Assembly (NCBI GenBank): GCA_049903315.1
Contig: JBNGBT010000005.1
Coordinates: forward strand, 199,475-263,474
Source: Candidatus Cloacimonadota bacterium
GTDB lineage: Bacteria; Cloacimonadota; Cloacimonadia; JGIOTU-2
Direction: 5' to 3'
Length of the DNA: 64,000 bases
Shown here: in pieces, positions 1 to 8,527 of the stretch
How the letters are laid out: every line of letters begins with the position of its first letter
Numbering within the stretch: the stretch's first letter is position 1
The notes under the pieces: model-generated
Told to the model about the DNA's origin: nothing
The model's input: only the letters and a program-made list of their open reading frames with translations
Database searches by the model: none
Translations under genes and position numbers: made by a program

Positions 1-2
1 TT

Positions 3-1262
3 ATAGATGAAGTTGAATACCTAACTGAATTTCAAACAAGATATATTACTCAACTTATAAAAGATTCTGACGATACTTCAATTACATTTAAAGTAGGCAC
101 AAGATGCCTTCCAAAAACATTAAAAGTTGGAAATACAGATGAGATTTTGAAAGAATTTGATGACTACAGAAAAATTGTAATAACAGATGCGTTGAACGCT
201 GCACATAGCGGAACTAAAAGTCATTATAGTAATTTAATTAAAAATATACTTAATAAAAGATTACAAAAAAGTTCATATTTTAAAGGGAAGAGAATATGTG
301 ATATTGAACAATTGATTCCAAATATTAGTATTGAAAAAGAAGCAAGAGATATTGTGAGTGGAGGAACTAAGCATTGGATAAAATTTAAAAATGAAATGAC
401 GAAATCGAAAACAAAGAGGGAGATAAATAGTATAATTGATCATATAAAATATGATAAAAACCCATTAATTGAAAAATTAAATATGCTTTTAATATATAGA
501 GGTTATAGCCCTAAAAAAATAAAAAAATTGTATAAAGATTTTTTAGAAGATAAAAATAAAGAATATAAAAATTTGTATAATAAAAACGCTTTTAATCTTT
601 TAATACAACTCTATCATGATTATAGGAAAGATAAAAGATATGCTGGAATTGACACATACATATATTTATCTTCAGGAATAACGAGGATAGCTTTAGAATT
701 GTGTGGTGAAGCGCTAAACACTGCTTATGTATATGGATATAAAACAGAACATGAAAAATCTATTGACATACAACAACAAAGTTATAGTGCAAAAAAAATA
801 TCTTTAAAGCAATATGATGGAATAACAAAGATACCAAAATGGGGAATTAAAGTACAAAGCTTTATTAATCAGATAGGAACAATTTTTGATGAGATGCATA
901 GAGATATATATTTAGTTGAACCTGAGCCAACACATTTTGAAACTGATATATCAGATTTATCTGATAAAGCATGCAATATTTTTAATGCTGCATTAAGTTA
1001 CGAATATATACAAAAAAAACCATCAATGAAACCTAAGGAAAAAGGAAAAACAAAAAGAGAAGATTTTATTATAAATAGAATATTTGCCCCGCATTTTAAT
1101 ATATCTTATAAAATAAGAGGAAGAACTGTAATACCATCAGGGGAACTGGAAAAATTATTAATAGGCAATGAAGAAGAAAAAAATAAATCAAGAAAAAATA
1201 TTATAAAAATGAATACTAGAAGAGAAAGAGTTTTAGAAGATCAAAGCATATTAGAGATTTAA
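3..1262 (+). CDS. ORC/CDC6-like AAA+ ATPase, 5'-partial (begins before the window)
   Basis: The frame is open from position 3 and reads IDEVEYLTEFQTRYITQLIK...ITFKVGTR, a Walker-B-like hhDE followed by the Q..I..LIK...FKVG segment. It later has YAG..TY..LSSG..R..LELC. Very AT-rich DNA. The ORF track start at 147 is internal. Confidence 0.6.
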   Translation: MDEVEYLTEFQTRYITQLIKDSDDTSITFKVGTRCLPKTLKVGNTDEILKEFDDYRKIVITDALNAAHSGTKSHYSNLIKNILNKRLQKSSYFKGKRICDIEQLIPNISIEKEARDIVSGGTKHWIKFKNEMTKSKTKREINSIIDHIKYDKNPLIEKLNMLLIYRGYSPKKIKKLYKDFLEDKNKEYKNLYNKNAFNLLIQLYHDYRKDKRYAGIDTYIYLSSGITRIALELCGEALNTAYVYGYKTEHEKSIDIQQQSYSAKKISLKQYDGITKIPKWGIKVQSFINQIGTIFDEMHRDIYLVEPEPTHFETDISDLSDKACNIFNAALSYEYIQKKPSMKPKEKGKTKREDFIINRIFAPHFNISYKIRGRTVIPSGELEKLLIGNEEEKNKSRKNIIKMNTRRERVLEDQSILEI

Positions 1263-1275
1263 TAGTGGTGGAAAA

Positions 1276-2289
1276 ATGAAACTATACGAGAATTTTTCAA
1301 TAAAAAGATTTGATAAATACTTGGCAGATAAAAGAAATTGGGATTTTTTTATTACTTGTACTAGTTTTGAAGATAGAAGTATCTCAGTTTCAAAGCAGTT
1401 AAAATCTTATAGTAGCAAAATTGAGAATACAATAATTGTAAATTATCCTGAGCACGATAATAAAAATAAAAAAAAAAATAATACAAAAAAGATAATTAAA
1501 AATCTCAATGAAGTATCAAGAAACTTAATAATTTATGATACTAAGAGTGTGCTTGAACCATCGCTCGGCATCAAAGATTTTAAAGAATATATAAAAAAAA
1601 GATCAATAGAATTTAAAGAAAAAAAAATACTTTTAGATATAAGTGTATTTACTAAACCATATTTCTTTTTATTATTAAAAATATTAAAAGAAGACTATAA
1701 TGTAAATGTTGTGGATATCGTTTATACTGAAGTATTAAATTATAATACAAACGATCAAAGAAAAGATTTATTTTCCATTGGCATAAACAGAATTGAACCT
1801 ATACCGGGTTTCAATGGATCATATCAAAACGCAGAAGAAGCTTTGATTACTTTTATTGGATTTGAAGGAAATAGGTCATTACAAATATATCAACAAATTA
1901 GTCCTAAAATAATAGTAGTGGTTAACGGAATGCCTTCTTTCCAGCCAAGCTGGCATATTATGAGTATGAAAAGGAATATAGAATTTTTAAAAGAATCAAA
2001 AGGTTATAAAAATCTATTCTATACACCAACATATGATCCATTTGAAACAATTCGTGTATTAAAAAAAATTATAGATTTAATAATAATAGAAAATCCAAAA
2101 TTAAATATTACTATTGCACCACTTAGCACAAAACCAATTTCCTTGGGAATAGCATTATATTCATTGTATCATAAAAATATAAAAGTTATCTATCCCTACC
2201 CTATTAAATATAATACAGATTCATCAAAAGGAGAGAATAAATCATGGATATATCGAATTAATTTTAATACATTACAAGAAATTTATTAA
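1276..2289 (+). CDS. Hypothetical partner of the ATPase, probably tandem Rossmann-like domains
   Basis: 337 aa ORF 13 nt after the ATPase with a GGTGGA RBS. Motifs CTSFEDRS, LLDISVFTK, IPGFNG, FIGFEGNR, IAPLSTKP, VIYPYP. AT-rich like its neighbour. Confidence 0.55.
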   Translation: MKLYENFSIKRFDKYLADKRNWDFFITCTSFEDRSISVSKQLKSYSSKIENTIIVNYPEHDNKNKKKNNTKKIIKNLNEVSRNLIIYDTKSVLEPSLGIKDFKEYIKKRSIEFKEKKILLDISVFTKPYFFLLLKILKEDYNVNVVDIVYTEVLNYNTNDQRKDLFSIGINRIEPIPGFNGSYQNAEEALITFIGFEGNRSLQIYQQISPKIIVVVNGMPSFQPSWHIMSMKRNIEFLKESKGYKNLFYTPTYDPFETIRVLKKIIDLIIIENPKLNITIAPLSTKPISLGIALYSLYHKNIKVIYPYPIKYNTDSSKGENKSWIYRINFNTLQEIY

Positions 2290-2521
2290 TAACTTAATAA
2301 TTATTTATAATGAAATAAATTTTCAATATTTATATAAAAAATAAATAAGTTAATAGTTATGAGGATAAGTTTATTATGCTTATTTAATTTATTGATAATG
2401 CTGTCTGCTGAAGTTATAACTTTGTATAATTGACATTATCAAGATTGAAATAGATAAATGTACAATATCATTGTATATTGCTTAAACCTTATCCTAACTT
2501 ATGAGAGAGGTAAGGTGACGG

Positions 2522-3757
2522 TTACTCTTCCAATCCACCCTTCACAATATCCAAGATCCTCTGTGCGAGTGTGTGCTTTGAGTCCCTGCCTTTGAATTGT
2601 ACTTCGCCTTTAGCATTTATCACAAATATCTTATTATCATCGCTCTGGAAGCCGGAATCCGATTCTTTCACATCATTGGCAACGATATAGTCTGCCTGCA
2701 CCTGTTTCAGGCGTTCATAACTCTTTGCAATGAGCTGTTTCTCGTTCAATCCGTGCTCTGCCTTAAATGCAACAAGAATGGTGGCTGGTGAGAGTTTTTT
2801 CACCTTTTCAATAATTTTCTCGGTGGGGGAAAGCTCAATGCTGAATTTTTTGGATGAGGGAAGTTTGCCTTGTGCTTTTTTCTCCAATTTCCAGTCTGCA
2901 ACCGCAGCAGCGCTGATGAACACATCCACATTTTTCTCTTTGAGCTTAGAGGTAACGGCATCCAGCATTTCTTCGGTAGTTTCAACCGGAATATACTCAC
3001 AACCTGCAGGAGGAGTGAGTTTTGTGGGACCGCTTACCAAAATGCAGTGAGCTCCTCTGCGAACTGCATCCTTTGCCAGTGCAAAGCCCATTTTCCCGGA
3101 GCTCTTATTCGTAATGTAGCGAATGTCATCAATGTATTCAATCGTTGGTCCGGCAGTTACCAGCATAGTCATATCCTGCAAGTCCTTTTTGTAGAGTTTC
3201 TGAATGACCATTTCTACCATAGTGTCCACGCTGGCGATCTTTGCCTTGCCCTCTTCTCGTACCGGTTCGATTACATCGATGTTCGCTTTTTTCAGCTTCT
3301 CAATATTTTCCAAAATGAAGGGATTCTTATACATGCTCTCGTGCATGGCAGGCACGATCATCACAGGAATGCCAGAGCCGATGGCAGAGGTCACTGTAGA
3401 AAGCACAGGCGTATCGTCGATACCGCATGCGATTTTGCTGAGAGAATTGCCTGTTGCCGGAGCAATGAGCATAAGATCACAACTTTCTTCGTGTTCACCA
3501 GCCAGCCAGATGTGCTCGATTTTTCCGGTTAACTCGGTTGTTACTGGATTTCCAGTAGCCCACTCGAACATTGCAGGAGTCACGAGCTTCGTTGCTTCCT
3601 GGCTCATTACCACAAATACTTCTGCGCCGTGACGCATGATTTCACGTGCTAGGTCAACACTGCGCAGGCAGCCCACGCTTCCGGTTATGCCGAGGGCAAT
3701 GCGTTTGTCCTGCAGTTCCTGTTCTTTTGTACCTATTATATCTTTGCTTGGATGCAT
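2522..3757 (-). CDS. coaBC: Bifunctional phosphopantothenoylcysteine decarboxylase/synthetase, archaeal-type
   Basis: LGITGSVG, IAPATGNSLSKIACGIDD, PAMHESMY, LVTAGPTIEYIDDIRYITNKSSGKMG, AAAVAD, AFKAE, YIVAND. GAGGTG RBS. Confidence 0.95.
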   Translation of the reverse strand: MHPSKDIIGTKEQELQDKRIALGITGSVGCLRSVDLAREIMRHGAEVFVVMSQEATKLVTPAMFEWATGNPVTTELTGKIEHIWLAGEHEESCDLMLIAPATGNSLSKIACGIDDTPVLSTVTSAIGSGIPVMIVPAMHESMYKNPFILENIEKLKKANIDVIEPVREEGKAKIASVDTMVEMVIQKLYKKDLQDMTMLVTAGPTIEYIDDIRYITNKSSGKMGFALAKDAVRRGAHCILVSGPTKLTPPAGCEYIPVETTEEMLDAVTSKLKEKNVDVFISAAAVADWKLEKKAQGKLPSSKKFSIELSPTEKIIEKVKKLSPATILVAFKAEHGLNEKQLIAKSYERLKQVQADYIVANDVKESDSGFQSDDNKIFVINAKGEVQFKGRDSKHTLAQRILDIVKGGLEE

Positions 3758-4899
3758 GATAACACCTCTTTTATGTCATGGATAAATTCGTTTATTACTT
3801 TTTTTGTCACTGACGGACGGAGCACGATGCGCATGTGCTCGGTAAATAGCGAGATCGCCCAACCCTTGTCGCGCAGCGCTTCTGCAATGAGTACAATATT
3901 ATATTTCGTCGAGGTCACGCCCACGATGTTCATGGTCGGGGATTGGATCGGGCAGAGTTCATTGATCTTTGTAAGCTCGGAAATCAGGTGTTCGCGTACA
4001 TGCAGACATCGTTTGATGATGTCGTTGTAGCCCTCGTAACCGAGGTAGTTCAGCATTCCCCAGACCGCAACGACCGATGCGCCGGATCGGGAACTCACAA
4101 ACGTGGTTTGCGCAGTGTGTCCGCCGGAGAGATAGCTGACACACCATTCAATTTTCTTGGTCAGGTCCTTGTTTCTGAAAAGGATCCCGCCTGCAGGAAT
4201 AGGGCACATGCCCATTTTATGAGGATCGATAGTGATAGAGCTCACACCCGGGAGTGCGAAATCGAAATCCGCAACATCATAATTTAAATCCTTCATAAAG
4301 GGAATCACAAATCCGCCGAATGCCGCATCGATATGGAGGTAGAGTTTGTGCTTAATACACAGATCTGACATTTTGGAAATCGGGTCGATCACGCCAAGTT
4401 CGGTCGTGCCTGCGATGCCAACTATGCAGAATGTGTCGTCATCGATAGCTTTCTCTGTTTCTGTGATGTCCATCTGGCGTTGCTTGGTAACTCGAACTGT
4501 TTTTACAGTAAGATTTAAAATATTTGCACTTTTATACAATGAAAAATGTGCGGTTTCGGGCACGATTATAGTATGTTTGCCGGAAAGCTCGCGGTAAGCC
4601 CAGAGTGCAAGGAAATTGGCTTCTGTACCGCCTGTGACGATATTTCCGTAGGCATCTGGATTATGCAGCATTTTTCCCAGCATGCGAATGGATTCCTTTT
4701 CAAGTTTAACAACACCCGGGAAAAGATTGGAATCACCAATATTTCTATCAATAAAAGTAGAAAAAAGCTCTTGAGCGAATGTGTCGGGGTAGGTGCACAT
4801 GGTGCTGATCACATTGCCTTTTTTATATGATTTGTCGTGTTTGAGTGCGGAACGGATCAGTTCGAGCACTTCGTTTTTCGGAAGAGAAGATCTATTCAT
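3736..4899 (-). CDS. mfnA: PLP-dependent group II decarboxylase of the MfnA family (tyrosine/aspartate decarboxylase), probable beta-alanine supplier
   Basis: STMCTYP, NIGDSNLFPG, VTGGTEAN, AGTTELGVIDP, HIDAAFGG, SITIDPHKMG (PLP lysine). Alternative start at 4905. Confidence 0.88.
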   Translation of the reverse strand: MNRSSLPKNEVLELIRSALKHDKSYKKGNVISTMCTYPDTFAQELFSTFIDRNIGDSNLFPGVVKLEKESIRMLGKMLHNPDAYGNIVTGGTEANFLALWAYRELSGKHTIIVPETAHFSLYKSANILNLTVKTVRVTKQRQMDITETEKAIDDDTFCIVGIAGTTELGVIDPISKMSDLCIKHKLYLHIDAAFGGFVIPFMKDLNYDVADFDFALPGVSSITIDPHKMGMCPIPAGGILFRNKDLTKKIEWCVSYLSGGHTAQTTFVSSRSGASVVAVWGMLNYLGYEGYNDIIKRCLHVREHLISELTKINELCPIQSPTMNIVGVTSTKYNIVLIAEALRDKGWAISLFTEHMRIVLRPSVTKKVINEFIHDIKEVLSCIQAKI

Positions 4900-5650
4900 A
4901 TACATGTTCCTTATCCGGATAGGTTCCGTCTTTCACTTCTTTTTTGAATGCGCTCACGCTTTGGGAAATGATCTCAAAAAGATTTGCATAACTTTTTACA
5001 AATTTAGGATGAAAATCCGGATTCATGCCCAGCAGGTCGTTGATCACGAGCACCTGTCCATCGCAGTATCTGCCTGCGCCGATGCCGATTGTCGGGATAT
5101 CTATACTTTCTGTAATCTCTTTGCCGAGAATTTCCGGAATTGATTCCAGAACCAGTGTGAATGCGCCAGCCTGCTCGATCTCCTTGGCTTCTCTCAGTAA
5201 GCGGTCGTGATCTTTCTGTTTTCTGCCCACTACTTTAAAAGATTCGTAGGTTTGCGGCAGCAGCCCGATATGTCCCTGAACTGGTATGCTGTGTTCAAAC
5301 AGATAGGAGATTGTTTTCGGAAAATATCCTTCCAACTTGATCGCATCTGCTCCTGCATCGATAAATCGTTGAGCATTTTCCAGTGCAATTTCTTTGTCAG
5401 CGTAGGAATGGATCGGCATATCTCCAACAATAGGGAGTGAACCTGCCCCCTTTGATACTGCTTCCACATGATAGAGCATCTGTTCCATAGTAACATTTTT
5501 CGTGGTCGAATCACCTTGGAAAACCATACCGAGACTATCTCCAACGAGAATAAGGTCAATACCTACAGATGAAAATATCTTCGCCATCTGGAAATCATAG
5601 CAGGTAAGCATGACCAATTTTTCGGTTTTCTTAAATTTTTGAATATTCAT
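4892..5650 (-). CDS. panB: 3-methyl-2-oxobutanoate hydroxymethyltransferase
   Basis: MLTCYD, ILVGDSLGMV, GDMP, KLEG, GHIGLLPQ, PTIGIGAG..CDGQVLV..DLLG, PKFVK. Confidence 0.96.
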   Translation of the reverse strand: MNIQKFKKTEKLVMLTCYDFQMAKIFSSVGIDLILVGDSLGMVFQGDSTTKNVTMEQMLYHVEAVSKGAGSLPIVGDMPIHSYADKEIALENAQRFIDAGADAIKLEGYFPKTISYLFEHSIPVQGHIGLLPQTYESFKVVGRKQKDHDRLLREAKEIEQAGAFTLVLESIPEILGKEITESIDIPTIGIGAGRYCDGQVLVINDLLGMNPDFHPKFVKSYANLFEIISQSVSAFKKEVKDGTYPDKEHVYE

Positions 5651-5658
5651 AATTTTAG

Positions 5659-5717
5659 AATTACTAAACCCTAATTTCTAATGACTAATAAAATTTCAAA
5701 ATCCGAATGTCTAATGA
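5659..5717. repeat. Imperfect heptamer array, downstream arm of the four-helix-bundle element
   Basis: On the minus strand it reads TCATTAG ACATTCG GATTTTG AAATTTT ATTAG TCATTAG AAATTAG GGTTTAG. It contains CTAATTTCTAAT at 5671-5682. Confidence 0.65.
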
Positions 5718-5935
5718 TCATTCTTACAGATGCCTATTTTATGCTCAAAATCTTTCTTAGATTCAGCACAATCAGCTTCAGAATAGTTAGCACCAACACT
5801 TGTTCCAGCTTTCACTAGCTGAGTAATGAGAGGTAGTGTTATCGGATTCTGAGGAATTCTCTTTGCAAATTCGATGATATCTTCTCCGAATTTAGCTGTT
5901 CTCTCTAACAGATCATATCTCTTTTTATCAGTCAT
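5711..5935 (-). pseudogene. Truncated four-helix-bundle protein (23S rRNA intervening-sequence protein / bAvd-like family)
   Basis: YDLLERTAKF...QLVKAGTSVGANYSEADCAESKKDFEHKIGICK, then the frame runs into the repeat arm and stops. The usual KE..ET.YWL C-terminal half is missing (74 aa). Confidence 0.75.
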
Positions 5936-5984
5936 TTGTAATTTGGATTTTTATTAGAAATTAGAAATTTGTAATTTGGCATTG
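5933..5984. repeat. Imperfect heptamer array, upstream arm (inverted relative to 5659-5717)
   Basis: On the minus strand it reads AATGCCA AATTACA AATTTCT AATTTCT AATAAA AATCCA AATTACA. ATTAGAAATTAG at 5953-5964 is the exact reverse complement of 5671-5682. Confidence 0.65.
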
Positions 5985-5986
5985 TT

Positions 5987-6880
5987 TTAGTATCCATATT
6001 TCTCTAAAAATTTAATCGCATCATAGAGAAATTCATTATAGGGAACAGGAATATTATGTTTTTTTGCCAGCCGTATGATCGCACCGGTAATGTAGTCCAG
6101 CTCTGTCCTTTTGCCCTTTTTCACATCTTGATACATGGAAGAGTAATTCTTATATTGATGGAGTCGGTCTATAGTTTTGATGACCTTTTCTCTTTGAACA
6201 GGGTAGCCTTCTTTTTCTGCAACTGCAAGCACCTCATCTATCACTTTTACTACAAGAGTTCTTATTTCCGGTTTTGAGAGCATTCTTGAGCGGATCTGCA
6301 GCAGTGTGGTAAGAGGATTCACAAACGCGTTGATCGAAAGTTTGAGCCATTCTTCCTGTTTGATATCATCAGAAATACTCGTGTCGAAGGTGCTTTTAGA
6401 AAATATTGCATACACTTTTTCTGCAGATTTTGAATTCTCGAGCACAACTTTTCCCCATGAAGTGCGCACCTCGCCGGGACGTATGATCTCTGCGCCAATA
6501 CCTGTCACTGCGCGGATGATCTCATTGGGAAGGATGTCCGTTACTTCCTCTTTTATACCGATACCATTTTGTATGAGCATGAAAACAGTGTCGTTTTTCA
6601 CAATATTTTTGAGGTCTTCGAATACGGTTTTGACATCATATGCTTTCGTAGTAACGATCACAAGGGAATTCGCGGGAATCTTTTTTAATTCCCTTGTAGT
6701 GAGGACCTTACTCATAACTGTCTGGAAGCCGGACAAGAGAATTCCATTTTTTTGTATGACTTTAAAGTGATCTTTGTGGTGATGTTCCTTTTTCCCGACA
6801 AGCGTGACATCATACTCGCGTGAGATCACAGCTGCCAGGTAGGTGCCGATTGCACCGGCTCCGATTATAATGATATTCAT
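5987..6880 (-). CDS. panE: 2-dehydropantoate 2-reductase
   Basis: IIIGAGAIG, TTKAYD, IQNGIG, WLKLSINAFVNPLT, SSMYQDVKKGKRTELDYITG. Confidence 0.93.
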   Translation of the reverse strand: MNIIIIGAGAIGTYLAAVISREYDVTLVGKKEHHHKDHFKVIQKNGILLSGFQTVMSKVLTTRELKKIPANSLVIVTTKAYDVKTVFEDLKNIVKNDTVFMLIQNGIGIKEEVTDILPNEIIRAVTGIGAEIIRPGEVRTSWGKVVLENSKSAEKVYAIFSKSTFDTSISDDIKQEEWLKLSINAFVNPLTTLLQIRSRMLSKPEIRTLVVKVIDEVLAVAEKEGYPVQREKVIKTIDRLHQYKNYSSMYQDVKKGKRTELDYITGAIIRLAKKHNIPVPYNEFLYDAIKFLEKYGY

Positions 6881-7635
6881 GATAGCTCCCTCAAGCGCTG
6901 CAAAATGAACTGCAACGCTGATTTCAGATTTTGCTGATTATCAAAATTATCGCAGATTTTCTGTAATTTTTCAGTAGAATAATTCTTCATTCCTTTGATC
7001 TTTTCAGTCATAAGCGGAACTGTGCGCACAATATTATCCACAATTGTTATCTGCGCTTTCTGTGCAGTGCGGGAGAGGGGATTGAGGTCAACAGTGATGA
7101 CTTTCTTACCTGATGCCACCAGCGCTTCGGTACGGTCTCCGTCTTCAAGCGGCACGAATACAACATCCGCAATAAAAATACCTTTCTTTGAAACGATCCT
7201 GCGTTTACTTTGCAGTTCTTCGATCTGAACAGTCTCATCGTCTCCCACTCCAAGGATTTCATGAGCGCCATGCTCCTTCATGTGTTTTAAAAGTTCGTTC
7301 TCGCGTTCTTTTGTTCTGTAAAAAAGATTTATTTCAAGCGGTGTGTTTGCAGCTTTACCCAACTCGACGATCTCGTCAGGACAGAGCGAAGCTACATTTC
7401 CATTGAGAGAAAGTACCGGATGTTTTGCAAGGAGAAGCATTGCACAGGCAGCTTCAGTAGCTCGTTCCGCAAAGGATTGGGTTTTTTCTCCAATAAGATA
7501 ATCAAAGCACTCACCTCTGCCGTGAGCGATCAGACCGGCTTTTGCAACGAGCCCTTTATCAAAGCCATCAATGAGTTTTTCACGAATGTGCAGGGACTGT
7601 GCTCTGGGATGGGAATCGGGTACTTCAATTAACAT
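6877..7635 (-). CDS. 4-phosphopantoate--beta-alanine ligase (phosphopantothenate synthetase, archaeal PPS family)
   Basis: VPDSHPRAQSL..REK, AGLIAHGRGECFDYLIGEKT, PVLSLNGN, LEINLFYRT, ADVVFVPLEDGDRTEALV, DLNPLSRTA, TIVDNIVR. These are hallmark PPS motifs. Confidence 0.93.
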   Translation of the reverse strand: MLIEVPDSHPRAQSLHIREKLIDGFDKGLVAKAGLIAHGRGECFDYLIGEKTQSFAERATEAACAMLLLAKHPVLSLNGNVASLCPDEIVELGKAANTPLEINLFYRTKERENELLKHMKEHGAHEILGVGDDETVQIEELQSKRRIVSKKGIFIADVVFVPLEDGDRTEALVASGKKVITVDLNPLSRTAQKAQITIVDNIVRTVPLMTEKIKGMKNYSTEKLQKICDNFDNQQNLKSALQFILQRLRELS

Positions 7636-8527
7636 GGGGACCTCCTGTGCTGATGTCCGAAATATAGACCTTGCCGTATTCCTGAAGAATATTTCTCAAT
7701 TCGTGGGCTTTTTTTGTCGGCTGAATACTGAAAACACTTTCGCCAAACAAAGGCATACTGCAGAGAAATCCATTTCGTTCCATTTTTTTTATAATGTCTG
7801 AGACTTGTCCGGTTGCGACTTCGATCTTCTTCACAAACCACTGTGAGAGTTCAAGAAAGCGTTCTACTGAGGGATCTTTGAGCAAAGTATCTACGCAGTT
7901 TTTTCCGAATGTATGCACCTTATCCATCAAATTTTTATCAGAGAGGGCTTCCTTCGTTTGATAGGGACCGAAGTATAAGACAATCACTTTATAATCTTCA
8001 TCGAGCGGAATGGTTTCCACTTTTCCGATGCCTGGACCACCAAATGCAACCCTAATCTCCAATCCGCCAGCAATCTCTGCCATGACTGTGCCCAATCCGC
8101 CTTTGTTTTCTACATCAGCTATATGAGCAAGCTGAAAGCACTTTTCGTCAGAAATGTCTATATTGAAAATTTTTCTTAGAGCAAGTGCCAAACTTAATGC
8201 ACCGCTTCCGCTTGTTCCAAATCCCGCATTGAGAGGCATTTCCATTGTATGTTGAATGTTAATTATGTAGTTGTCTTTTATGTATTTATCAAAAAATTTA
8301 TCCAAAAGCCAGTGTGTCAGTTCTGCATCCGATCTTTCGCCATTAATGAAAACAGAAACTTCATTTTGAGATGAAGGATGCGCTTCGACTTGTGTGGTTG
8401 TTCCCCGCATCAAGTTCACGCCAGCGCCAAGAGAGCTGCTCTGCATCGGATCACTATCTATTTTTGAATAGAAAAATCCCGTAATATGATTCGGAGCCCA
8501 TGCAGAAGCGGTTTTTGTATTATGCAT
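7625..8527 (-). CDS. Pantoate kinase (GHMP kinase family, archaeal PoK)
   Basis: WAPNHITGFF, SSLGAGV, PLNAGFGTSGSGALS, AHIADVENKGGLGTV, GGLEIR...GPG, MPLFGESVF. Overlaps the PPS gene. Confidence 0.9.
   Translation of the reverse strand: MHNTKTASAWAPNHITGFFYSKIDSDPMQSSSLGAGVNLMRGTTTQVEAHPSSQNEVSVFINGERSDAELTHWLLDKFFDKYIKDNYIINIQHTMEMPLNAGFGTSGSGALSLALALRKIFNIDISDEKCFQLAHIADVENKGGLGTVMAEIAGGLEIRVAFGGPGIGKVETIPLDEDYKVIVLYFGPYQTKEALSDKNLMDKVHTFGKNCVDTLLKDPSVERFLELSQWFVKKIEVATGQVSDIIKKMERNGFLCSMPLFGESVFSIQPTKKAHELRNILQEYGKVYISDISTGGPHVN

Noticed and set aside
147..1262. ORF track start at 147 for the first gene
   Set aside because: The frame is open back to position 3 and includes a Walker-B-like motif, so the gene starts before the window.
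3736..4899. Methanofuran biosynthesis implied by mfnA
   Set aside because: No other mfn or methanogenesis genes are present; the context is entirely pantothenate/CoA.
5711..5935. Diversity-generating retroelement (Avd-like gene)
   Set aside because: No reverse transcriptase and no template/variable repeat pair were seen in the window.
2522..8527. Possibility that the window is archaeal or an archaeal/bacterial chimera
   Set aside because: The PoK start overlaps the merR stop, which is coupled to lnt, and there is no visible compositional break. Not fully excluded without read data.
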